A stretch of 64,000 nt of DNA. It comes from the human T2T-CHM13v2.0 reference genome, Homo sapiens. Positions 14,064 to 26,120 of this stretch are shown piece by piece. The translations under genes and the position numbers were made by a program. Under the pieces are notes generated by a model. That model saw only the letters and a list, made by a program, of their open reading frames with translations. It searched no databases and had not been told where the DNA came from. The stretch lies in the NCBI RefSeq assembly GCF_009914755.1, contig NC_060927.1, one strand, 5' to 3'. How positions within the stretch are numbered: the first letter of the stretch is position 1; every line of letters begins with the position of its first letter.

Positions 14064-14502
14064 TATAAAATCACCCAATGGTACTATCTTGGTGCAATGA
14101 ATTTTATTTCTATAAAACCACATCTTAAGTATGGCAATACCTAGATTACATTGCCTAGCACCTCTTAATCAAGAACCTAGGTCACAAATTCCTCTATCAA
14201 ATCATTTGCTCATGCAAATGAGCGTATTCATTGCCTTTTTTAAGACAAAAAATAAATATGAAATCCAATTTGCTGTTCCTTTTTCACTTGGCTGCTAGGA
14301 CACTCAGCTAAGTTTATGACTCAACTAATGTAATTTCTCACTCCAATGTAACATCAACTCTCTTAAACTATCTTTTGTTGTCTTCCTTTTTAATTGTCTT
14401 GTTTTTACATTATGTTATATAGCCTCTAATCCTTTGTTGAAAGGCAGAAGTTTATAAATTTTATATTATCAAATCTTGTCCAGTGCACCTTCTGCTAACA
14501 AC

Positions 14503-14690
14503 AGGGAAAGTACGTGGATTTGGTGCCAGCCAGACCAGGGTTCAAATCTTAGCTCTGCCCCTTACTAGCACCATGCCTTTGGGCAATTTATTCACTATCT
14601 CTGAGCCTCAATTTCCTCATCTGTAAAGTGAAACAATAATAGTTATCTTGCAAGGTTGCTGGGGGAATTATAATGAGTATATATAAAGTA
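14503..14690 (+). mobile_element. MIR (MIRb-like)
   Basis: gggttcaaatcttagctctgcc...tctctgagcctcaatttcctcatctgtaaagtg. Confidence 0.85.
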
Positions 14691-14716
14691 TCCTTTAGAT
14701 ACTATTAAACAATATG

Positions 14717-15018
14717 TTTTTTTAAATTTATTTTTGTAAACAATGTCTTGTTCTGTTCCCCAGGTTGAAGTGTAGTGTTGCAATCATGGCTCACTGCAAC
14801 GTCAACTTCTCAGGCTTCAGCCATCCTCCTGCCTCAGCCTCCTGAGTAGCTGGGACTACAGGAGCATGCCACCATGCCTGGCTAATTTTTGTATTTTTTT
14901 TTTTTTAGAGATGGGGTCTAACTATGTTGCCCAGGCTGGTCTTGAACTCCTGGGCCAAGTGATCTGCTTCAAGCTCCCAAAGTGTTGGGATTACAGGCAT
15001 GAGCCTCTGTGCCTGGCC
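14717..15018 (-). mobile_element. AluJ
   Basis: Full diverged dimer with J diagnostics (actatgttgcccaggctgg, ctcctggg). Confidence 0.92.
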
Positions 15019-15108
15019 CTACATTTTTAAATATTTGTTGGTTGGAGAGTAGGGTGGTAATGCCACCCCACCCCTGCCCTATTTTTATTTAATGTATTTA
15101 TAACATTA

Positions 15109-15417
<309 letters not shown>

Positions 15418-16033
15418 TTATTAATTTTTATTTAAAACATTTAAATAGAACTTAAGGTAGCTTTGAAATGGAATCTTATAGCCATTTCATTACTTTAGCA
15501 TATTGTTTATGAAAACTTTTTACATAGCTTCTTTGGCAATAAAATGACATCATTTTGCCCTACTCAAATTTTATAGAAAATAAAATTATCCCCGTTTAAT
15601 AACCAATAATATTTGTAATTTTCTTAAACTCACTATGCTCATGTGGTGACTGTTATCTGTCAGAAAATCAACATCACTCAGAGTCGTTCTTGAAATTCTT
15701 CCCTTTGCATAATCGTGTTTATGACCCTCAATTGGTATTTGGCAAATGGAATAAACTGATGATTCACTCAAAATGTTTTTCCACATAACATTTAATAACT
15801 CACCTTTGAAATGGCATTTTTAATAATATTATAGCCTCAATTTACAACCTAATGCTTAAATTATATGGAAGCCAAATCGAAATGGCTCAGGTACAAATCG
15901 TGACAAAAGTAACAACTATTATTTTGACAAGGGTTTAGGAAGGACTTACCTGAAGAATGAACAGAACAACACTCTCATGAGCAGCATGGTGCTTATTACT
16001 TCTTATCCTGAAAATAATAGAGAATTCAAATCA

Positions 16034-16455
<422 letters not shown>

Positions 16456-16890
16456 AAATAAAATAAACCAATATCAAATCACATACCTGAAAGGAGCATG
16501 TCCTTTTCAGGTGGTCATACATTGGTTGCAACAAAGAATAGGTTGTGTTGGACTATTTGCTGTTCATCATTACATTTCCAAGTGTATGAAACATGAACAC
16601 ACATACAGTTGGCTTCTTCCAGCTAGACTGGGACTAAATCAGGGTATTTCTTCAGATGAGGCAATAGTCCTGCTCTGGTGGTACCTTGCAGAGGGATTCA
16701 GGATCCCGCTTGACCAGCTCCTGCTCTTTGACTTGAGACAGCCAAGTTCTGTCCCCATTTCAAGAAATATCAGGGGCCTCTCCCTTTTTCTTTCATTTCT
16801 TACCTCAGTTAGGCCTCTGGAGGAAACAAAACCTAGACAGTCTTCCTGAAGATGCAGAAGTAGCCTCTAGGCCAGACCCAGTGACTAAGG

Positions 16891-17069
16891 TAGGGTTGCC
16901 AGGTCATCCAGTTACATTTGAATTGTAGATCAACAATGAACAATATTTAGTATAAGTATGTTCCATGAAAGTATTTGGGATATACTTAGTCTAAAACATT
17001 CATTGTTGATCTGAAATTCAAATGTCACTGGGGATCTTGTACTTTTTACTTGCTAAACCTGGACACCCT
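16891..17069. mobile_element. MER53 palindromic hAT MITE
   Basis: TIR tagggttgccag ... cctggacaccct; long internal inverted repeat. Confidence 0.92.
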
Positions 17070-17700
17070 TGCTGCGGGAGACACTTTTAAGTGATGGCAT
17101 TATTATTTTGGCAGTTGTTGAAGAACCAAAAATTAGGCCTAAAGCAAAACCCAATGACTGAAAATAACATGAACTAGAATTTCCAGAGTAGTAAGAAATT
17201 TCTTTTAGTTTCAATGAAAACATCCAACAAAGATTGGGCTGAGGTCCTTTATAATAAAAATGACCAAAACTAGGGCCACTTGGTTATTTGGGGGAGGGGG
17301 GCTTAAGAAAAATTCATACTGATCTATTTATTCAGTTTTTGAAAATATAAAAACCCTTATGTGCTTATTGCAGTAGGCAAAGCTAATTGACTCTAATTTA
17401 TCTCATTGACTTTATCCACTGTTTGTTACATTCCTACCGTCTTCACTGATTGCCAAGGGAGATTTGTTTTATTTGTGTATTAACATACTTCCTTTTTCCT
17501 AATCCTGTGAGATGAGTTGCCCACAGGCTTTCTGCTGCTTGAATGGCTAAAATGACTAGATGAGAGGTAATATTTTCAACTCTGGTTTTGTGAAATGCTT
17601 TACATATACAACTGTGTGAGGTTAGCATTAACATTTTCATCTAAAAAATGAGAACACTAAGACCCAGAGAAGAGAGTGGCTTAGCTGTGGTGGGTGGTAT

Positions 17701-18253
17701 TGTCAGAGGTATGTAAACTAGAGCAACACCATCTTGAGTAGGGGCTGAGTAAAATGAAGCTGCGACCTACTGGGCTGCATTCCCAGATGGTTAAGGCATT
17801 CTAAGTCACAGGATGAGATAGGAGGTCGCATGAGGTACAGGTCATAAAGACCTTGCTGATAAAACAGGTTGCAGTAAGGAAGCTGGCTAAATCCCACCAA
17901 AACCAAGATGGTGACAAGAGTGACCTCTGGTCGGCCTCACTGCTACACTCTCACAAGTGCCATGACAGTTTACAAATGCCATGACTACATCAGGAAGTTA
18001 CCCTATACTGTCTAAAAAGAGGAGGCATGAATAATCCACCTCTCGTTTAGCATATCATCAAGAAATAACCATAAAAGTGGGCAACCAACAACCCTCAGGG
18101 CTGTTCTGTCTATGCGGTAGCCATTCTTTTATTCCTTTACTTTCTTAATAAACTTGCTTTTGCTTTGCACTGTAGACTTGCCCTGAGTTCTTTGTTGCGC
18201 GAGATCCAAGAACCCTCTCTTGGGGTCTGGATCGGGATCCCTTTCCAATAACA
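17701..18253 (+). mobile_element. MER41A solo LTR (ERV1)
   Basis: tgtcagagg...aataaacttgc...ctttccaataaca; 553 bp; perfect TSD gtat at 17697-17700 and 18254-18257. Confidence 0.95.
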
Positions 18254-19419
18254 GTATGGCTGTGAAGAGCAAAGCTGGTCTTTAAATCTCAATGAAGAAT
18301 TCTTAGTTGGATGGTCCTCCGTGCTACCTCTTTCTTTCTTCTCTGAAGCCCTGCAGAGGGACCTGAATGTGTACAATCAAACTCTGCACATTTGTAGATG
18401 GCAGTGAGATGAAAGTGAGCCCTCTGAGGAGACAGTGAAAATTCAGTGGAAGAACAGTTGGGACTTATGTGTGTCCTACTATCTTCATTCCCATTCTTAG
18501 TTCATTCATCCATTAGTCATCATTTATTGAATGCTTTAATGCCACACCCGATCAGATTTTGTTTTCTCCAGAGTTATTTGTGCATCCTTTGGAAAATTTT
18601 GTGTTTGTTTATTTACAGGGTGCTTCCCTGCAAATGCAAAAAAATTCTCAAATATATCATCCATTGAAAATTGCTCACTACTGTCTTGGAATGCTTTCCT
18701 GGACCCAGCATTTGATCTTGTTTAACACCATATTCAAAAGCCATTTAGGAGGGGGTCTACTCATTCTAACTTTAAACAGTTAATCTAGTCTCATTGTTTG
18801 AATATTCTTTTTGATTGATTCACTTTGTCTTATTGTATTGAATTTATTTAAGTGCTTCTGGTTTATAATTGTGTGGGATTTGGGAGTAATTCATTCAGAG
18901 ATGTATACCCTATAAATCAATTACTCTCCCTTTGCTGTTAATGTTTAACTGGTTCTATTGAAAAAAAAAAAAAAGCAGCAAAAGAAAGCCGAAGATACAG
19001 CTTTTGTTAAAGTGAGGAGTAAAAGTATGCCAATTCCATTTAGAAAAGACCTTTAAAAACCCATAGATTATACAAAAGGGAGCAAAAGCATTTTAGGGAG
19101 AAATGAAATAAATGGTAAACAATCAGACCTCCAACACAGAGAATGTGTCACTTTTTCATTTAAAAGAAGATGCTGGAAGTCAGAAAAGCTGATGTTCTTC
19201 ATAAGAAAGAGAGCAGAGGTTGGGTTTTTTTTTCCTGTATTTTGTAGCACTCATAGAGGCCATCCTGTTCATTAGTTATACTCTTATAAATTACACTATG
19301 AATCAGTTTTTCAAATTCTGAAAACTAAGTAAAAAGAGAAAAGGCTCAGGTCTGTGTAATTTGCAATTTAAGTAACTGGGCCTGAAATTTTGTTTATCCA
19401 GATAATATTTATACGCTTC

Positions 19420-20052
19420 TGTGAAAGGAAAATATATCTTGGGACCCCAAAATCACTAAGCCGAAGAGAAAAGCCAAGCTGGGAACTGCATAGGGCAAAC
19501 CTGCCTCCCATTCTATTCCCAAATAAGATGGCTACAAAGATTTAGACAAACAAACAAACAAACAAACAACTATATAACTCTCTCACAATTTGCCCACAAG
19601 GAAATTCCTTATGGACAAAGGAAAGACAGAACTCAAAGTCATCTGTCTGCTCACATGAGACATACGCATATCTGATTGCTTCCTTTGACTTATTGTTTCA
19701 CTAAGCCAGACTAAGGCATAAGTGACTATTCCTGTAAATTGTGTATTCAGTGGAAGGCTAATCAGTAACTCAAAAGAATGCAACCATTTGTCACTTACCT
19801 ACCTATGACCTGGAAGCCCCTCCCACTTCTAGTTGCCCTGCCTTTCTGAACTGAACCAAGGTACCAGTATACATCTTACATATATTGATTGATGTCTCAT
19901 GTCTTCTTGAAATGTATAAAACCAAGCTGTGTCCTGACCACCTTAGGCACATGTCAGGACCTCCTGAGGCTGTTTCACAGGTGTGTCCTTAACGTTGGCA
20001 AAATAAACTTTCTAAATTGACTGAGACCTGACTCAGATATTTGGGGTTCACA
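19420..20052 (+). mobile_element. MER4A-type solo LTR (ERV1)
   Basis: tgtgaaaggaaaat...cttgggaccccaaaatcactaagc ... ttggggttcaca; perfect TSD cttc. Confidence 0.92.
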
Positions 20053-20952
20053 CTTCCGGCACCTAAGCATAAGGGCAGATTTCACGCTGCTTTTATTTAG
20101 AAAGTTGTTTTCAATTGTAAATATCTATGTGGAAAAAAGATTGCAACCAATACTTTTCGTAATCCATGTTACCATGGATGTCCATGCATAAATTACTCAG
20201 GCATGCTGTCATGGCAAAGGGTAGAAATGACATTGGGTGAAATTACATAGAAACGTCTCACAGTACCACATTTATAAGAATTAATAAGCAAGATAAATGC
20301 AATTGGAAGAATTTCTATGCTTCTTCAGGGGAGTGAGCTTTTCCTAACAGAGGAGAATCAAAGAAGAAATTGTGATCCATGGTTTTTTTTAGCAATGAGA
20401 TCCCTTTTAGTTGACTCATCTAATGTGAAAATGAAATGAAACATCATCTATTCTGCCATCAAGAAGATAATTAATGAGGCACTCATTTCTAAACGAAGGC
20501 CTAAGGAAATAAAGCAATCGGCCTCAAATTTATAAACGGAAAGTGGTTACATGTTTCAAAGAATACTAAGTCAAAATCACACCATTAATGTTTGAATTTG
20601 AGTTCTTATTTGGTTTAAAATGAGCTGTAACCCATGCTGAGTGTCTCTGTGGGTGCTACACATCAGCTGTAATTACTATCTTCAGTAAGGTAAGGGAAAA
20701 CAGGAAGACTTTTCCTTTCAGCTTCTTTGCTATAAGCTTTTCTTTTGGACAAAGTCAGACAGATTATAAATGTAGCAGCCCCTCAAATACATGCCCTAAC
20801 TTCAAGGTGAATCTTCAGGCCATTGTTCTCCCCTAAATTTCAGATAAACAAATAGCTGCCTGAAATGAGGAAGAGATTTAGAACAGAGTGGGATCTCAAG
20901 CTTTGGATTCCTTGCCTATCAATTTCAGGCCTTGGCTTGGATGATCTTTAAC

Positions 20953-21190
20953 GATAATAATAGTTAGCATTATTGAGTGCCAACTGCATGCTAAGTACTT
21001 TACTTGCATTGTCTTCTTTAATCCTTGTCACAAACTTTGTGGTAGGGACAATTATTACTCCCATTTTAAAGATAGAGAAACAGGCTTAGAGAGGAAAAAT
21101 GCCTTGCTTGAGATCTTACGATTATGGCTGATATGGGCAGAATTTGAATACATGTCTGATTGTTTAAGAGCCCAAGTTTAAACTCTGCTT
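20953..21190 (-). mobile_element. MIR, near full length
   Basis: cccattttaaagatagagaaacaggcttagagagg core. Confidence 0.85.
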
Positions 21191-21459
21191 CTATCCAGTT
21201 GCATGCGCCAATCTGGGGTTGGAGGGATCTGAGGGTCATCATCTGGGTTGCGGGGCAATGTGTTGGGTACTGCACAACAGAGTGAAGGGCTGTTGTGCAG
21301 TGGAGTGGAGTGTTTTTCACTCCTCAGAGTGGAGAATACTCAAGGATCAAAGAGGTCAACATTACCTTTCCAGAAAGGGGGAAAATCACTTTTCAGTTCT
21401 GAAAGACCCACAAATGAACATGCTTATATCCTCTCTGTAATGGGTTGAATTGTGTCCCC

Positions 21460-21973
21460 TGTTAAAGAAAACCAGGGCTGGCCAGAAGTTAAAGCAGTGA
21501 AAGTAAACTGTATTCAAAAAGAAACTGTTACAATAGGGGAGAAAAGACCTCAGTATAGAACTTGGAATGCAATAATTTTGAATACAGCATGAAAAAGTGG
21601 GAATTTATGGCCAAGGAGCAGGGTGGAGGGGTTCAATGGATAGAAAATTACTAAGAGGAGACAGTAGGAGTAAGAGGGGTCTCTGGCTAAACTGACTTGA
21701 TAGGACTCTTGCTGAAGGGAGGTCAAGGTGATCAGATACCAAGAGTGGGGGATGAGGCATTGGATCTGAGGGGGAAGTTGAATAGTTGCCAAGGTTGAGG
21801 ATTCTTGCTAAGCTGACTTACCAGGATTGTTGCTAAGACTGGATTTTAATGGAAGAATACAAGGTTTAGGCCTAGCTTTTTGGTTTTTTTTTTGGTTGTT
21901 GTTGTTGTTGTTTGCTTTTGGCCAGGCTCTCAGAGGAGCCTGGCCAAAGGTTATTTAGAAAAAGTCTTTGTCA
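21460..21973 (-). mobile_element. MER31/MER67-like solo LTR (ERV1) nested in MLT1B
   Basis: Reverse strand starts TGACAAAGAC and ends TTTCTTTAACA; gggaatttatggccaaggagcagggtgg; TSD about cccc/accc. Confidence 0.8.
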
Positions 21974-22234
21974 ACCCCCAAAATCCCCATGTTGAAGCCC
22001 TAATGTCAAGTACTTCAGAATGTTCCTATATTTGGAAATAGGCCCTTTAAAGAGTTAATTAAGGTTAAATGAGGACATATGGGTGGGCCTGAATACTTTC
22101 GGAGATAAGCCCTTCAAAGTACGGCAGGCCTAATCCAATCTGACTAGTATCCTTTTATAAGAAAAAGAAATTTGGACACAAAAAGAGACACCAGACACGC
22201 ATGTGTACAGAGGGAAGACCACGTGAGGACGCAG

Positions 22235-22663
22235 TGTTAAAGGAAAAACTTGGGCCGAATGAAATTTAAAGGAGTTTAATTGAGCAATGAACGATTGGTA
22301 AATCAGCCAGCCCCCGGAATCACAGCAGATTCAGAGACTTCAGGAGTGCCTCACGGTCAGAACAATTTACGGATGAAAAAAGAAAAGTGACGTACAGAAA
22401 TCAGAAGTGAGGTACAGAAACAGCTGGATTGGTTACAGCTCAGTGTTTGCCTTATTTGAGCACAGTTGGAACACTCGGCAGTGTATGAGTAGTTGAAGTG
22501 TGGCTGCTGGGATTGGCCAAGACTCAGCGATCGTTCCAGGCGCATACTCCTAAGTTAGGGTTTCGATCTTGTCTACCTATTAAGTTAGGCTTCAGTTCGC
22601 CCACAAGGACTCAAATATAGAAGTACGGAGTCCTTCTCAGGCCATATTTAGTTCGCTTTAACA
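22235..22663 (-). mobile_element. MER57 (A1/B1-like) solo LTR nested in MLT1B
   Basis: ggactcaaatatagaagtacggagtccttctcaggccatatttagttcgctttaaca; perfect TSD gcag. Confidence 0.93.
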
Positions 22664-22845
22664 GCAGTAAGAAGGTGGCCATCTGCAAGCCAAGGAGAGA
22701 GGCCTCAGAAGGAAACCAAACCTGCGGGCACCTTGATCTTGGACAGCTTCCAGAACCATGAGAAACTTCTGTTGTTTAAGCCACACAGTCTGTGGTATTT
22801 TCTTATAACAGCCTTAGCAAACCAATACACTCTCTGAAGATCAAT

Positions 22846-22975
22846 TTATTTTTATTTTTTAACATGGGGTCTCACTATGTTGCCCAGGCTGATCTTGAAC
22901 TCCTAATCTCAGTCTATCCTCCTGCCTCAGCCTCCCAAGTAGCTGGGACTACAGGTGCCTGCCACCATGCCTGGT
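22846..22975 (-). mobile_element. FLAM Alu monomer
   Basis: Single ~130-bp monomer; degenerate TSD gaagatcaatt/gatgatcaatc. Confidence 0.85.
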
Positions 22976-23708
22976 GTGATGATCAATCTTAATGAGCATC
23001 TTTAAGTAGAAGACAGAAGTAAACTGCTTAAGACAGAAAAAGGAAAAAATTGGAAAATATTCAGTTTATTAATTTAGGTAATAGAGACCTTTAAAAATAT
23101 CAAGTGAACTCTATTGGACTAAATTTCTTTGGAAGTATGTCCCCAGCTATACTTCCTGATCCTGTGGGGGTTTTTTGTGGGTTAGGGGGGTAAGCCCTTC
23201 ATCTTAAAAGATCTTTTATTACTGAAGTCCTTTTCTTAAGGGACCACAAGAAAAGACAAATCTTTATTATAACCCCATTGAACTACGTAATCTAAATAGC
23301 TCCTAGGGGAGGAAAAAAACCTTCTTAGAACACATGCCCTTTCATTTCAAAATGATAGCTCCAGGAGCATTTCCTTCATAAACCATGAAATGTCCAACGA
23401 CAGAACAAACCTATTAAATTAGACTCATTTCTAATTAAATTCAAACCAGAGATATGCTAGAAGTGAAGCCGTCCGCACGGTTGTGTCAGGTTTATCATCA
23501 ACCATGGAAGTAACTAGTAACTAGATGAGTCACTTTTCCTCTCTGTGTCAATTTCCTCATCTTGAGAATGAGAATCAGAATGCATTTCCTCACCAATATT
23601 TGGTAAGGATTAAAGCGGTGTAAATTGTTGTGAAATATTTAGGATAACAATGGGCTAGATAAGTGTAAGGCAGTGTACACTCAGCATTTTAAAAATTGGT
23701 TTTGTGTA

Positions 23709-23977
23709 GGCCAGGCATAGTGGCTCATGCCTGTAATCCCAGCACTTTGGGAGGCCGAGGTGGGTGGATCACTTGAGGTCAGGAATCTGAGACCAGCCAG
23801 GCCAAATGGCGAAACCCCATCTCTATTAAAAATACAAAAATTAGTCTGGTGTGGTGGCGCATGCCTGTAATCCCAGCTACTCGGGAGGCTGAGGCAGGAG
23901 AATCACTTGAGCCCAGGATACAGAAGTTGCAGTGAGCCAAGATTGATCATGCCACTGCACTCCAGCCTGGGCAACAG
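23709..23977 (+). mobile_element. AluS lacking its 3' end and poly(A)
   Basis: Dimer stops at cctgggcaacag. Confidence 0.92.
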
Positions 23978-24118
23978 GTTTCATGAAGTTCTAAAAAAAC
24001 CTTTGGAAACATACCAGAAAAAAAAAAAAGCCTTCTTGAAGTTCTAAAAAAAAAAAAACCTTTGGAAATATACTAGAACTATCCTTAAGTGGATCCTATA
24101 AGGCACATACAAATTAGC

Positions 24119-24422
24119 TTTCTTTTGTTATTGCTGTTTTGCGACAGGGTCTCACTCTATTGTCCAGGCTTAAGTGCAGTGGCACGATCTTGGCTCACTG
24201 CAGCCTCAACCTCCCAGGCTCGGGTGATTCTCTCCCTTCAGCCTCTTGAGTAGCTGGGACTACAAGTGCGTTCCCCCACACCTGTCTAATTTTTAAATCT
24301 TTTGTAGACACAGAGTCTGGAGAGGTTAGCCAGGCTGGTCTTGACCTTTAATGCTCAAGCAATCTGCCTGGCTCAGTCTCCTAAAGTGCTGAGATTACAG
24401 ACATAAGCCACCGTGCCCAGCC
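24119..24422 (-). mobile_element. AluJ
   Basis: Diverged dimer ending gtgcccagcc. Confidence 0.9.
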
Positions 24423-24882
24423 AGTTTTCGTAAATAAATTGCCTAACCTCTTACTGAAGTAACAATATTACTACACAAAATAATGACAAGAAAATTACGT
24501 AAACACAGAAGTTTTCCATATATCACGTGTGCTGTTCTTCCACAATTTTCTCAAAGGCATAGATTCACCTCCAAATTTCTGAGCAACTGTTTTGAAAGCT
24601 TTCCGCAATGAAGCCTCCAAAACCAAACCCCTTTGTCACTCTCATTCATAACAGCATCCCCGACACCACCTTAAGTGTACCTTCCCAGATCCTTCAGCAA
24701 TGTCTGAGCCTCTCTTCTCTGAGAAACTCAGCCTCTGTGGGATTCAGTGATCATGTGCATGGAAATGGTGGCCAAAGCTATATCCCACTTGTCGTCTGTG
24801 TCGAAGCTGCCAAACTTAAAATGCGTGTATGTGTGCTTGTGTGTGTGTTTTCCATCTTCTCCTCTCTACTCACCCTGTCTTA

Positions 24883-25129
<247 letters not shown>

Positions 25130-25599
25130 TCATGAAGATGAGGGGTATTTTCCACCAACTCCTATCAATTATTGGTGAATCAATGCCATGAGCATTGTTC
25201 ATATTCTTTGCTTTGTTTCAATTCCTCTCTCTCCTTCCCTCCTTTCCTCTGTTCTCTCACAAAGCCAGTGGGTTCTTGTCCCTCTAATGAATGTGTCTCA
25301 GCTGCACGTTTCCTTTTTTCCTTCCACGTCTACTCATAAGCCCCTTGGACAGAGTTCTGCAGATCCTCTGAGCTGGAAGCTCTGTCTCCAGTCTCACTCC
25401 TGATCCCAGCCTGGCTAATACTCTGGTTTCTCTTCAGATTGCGTATTTTTTTCCCCTTTTACCAACCTAGCTATGCTCTATTGCTCAAATACCATTGACA
25501 GAAAGTTTTTTCTCCTACTCAAATGGGGGCACTGTTGTTTATTATATTAAAGCCTAACTATTTGGCCCAATCTTTCCTTTTTTCTCAAACCTAACCCCA

Positions 25600-26120
25600 G
25601 AAAATGAAATTTACATGGTGTCTTTTGGGTGACCTGTATCATCTCCTTGACCTCTGCTTCTTTCTGGCCATATCCTGCCATTCTCTTATTCAGTCTCTGC
25701 ATTTCAACCATCCTTGCTTTCTTTCAATTCCTAGAACTGCTATGCTCCTTCCCACCCCAGGGCCTTAGTACATGCTGTTCCCTCCTTGTCTGTAATACTC
25801 TCTGCTCTTCATCTACTAACTCCTTCTCCTCCTTCTCTTTGCTTAGTTAAGCCTTTCCTAAGTGATCCCCTGCCCACCATTCAGCCCTCATTTTCTGTCC
25901 CCAACAGGTCAGGTTGCCTTGTTACATACTCTTATCATGTGTGTATTTCATATCACTTCTCATGATTGCAGTTAATTAATTGCATAGTTACTTCAAATAT
26001 CTGGTGCTCCCAGCAGTCTGAAAATTACGTGAGTGCCTGTGTTGTTCACTGCTGTGTCTCTAACACCTAGCATGATGCTTGGTGTATTGCAAGTTCTTGT
26101 TGTATATAGAAGAATGAATA
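25600..26120 (+). mobile_element. L2 3' fragment
   Basis: cagggccttagtacatgctgttccctc; ttgttcactgctgtgtctctaacacctagca...gaatgaat. Confidence 0.75.

Larger units (their letters stand above)
21436..22829 (+). mobile_element. MLT1B solo LTR in three pieces (21436-21459, 21974-22234, 22668-22829)
   Basis: tgtaatgggttgaattgtgtcccc ... gcaaaccaataca; perfect 5-bp TSD ctctc at 21431-21435 and 22830-22834. Confidence 0.9.

Noticed and set aside
14202-14223. Octamer atgcaaat within short palindromes
   Set aside because: The adjacent sequence does not fit a SOX-OCT composite; single 8-mers are expected by chance
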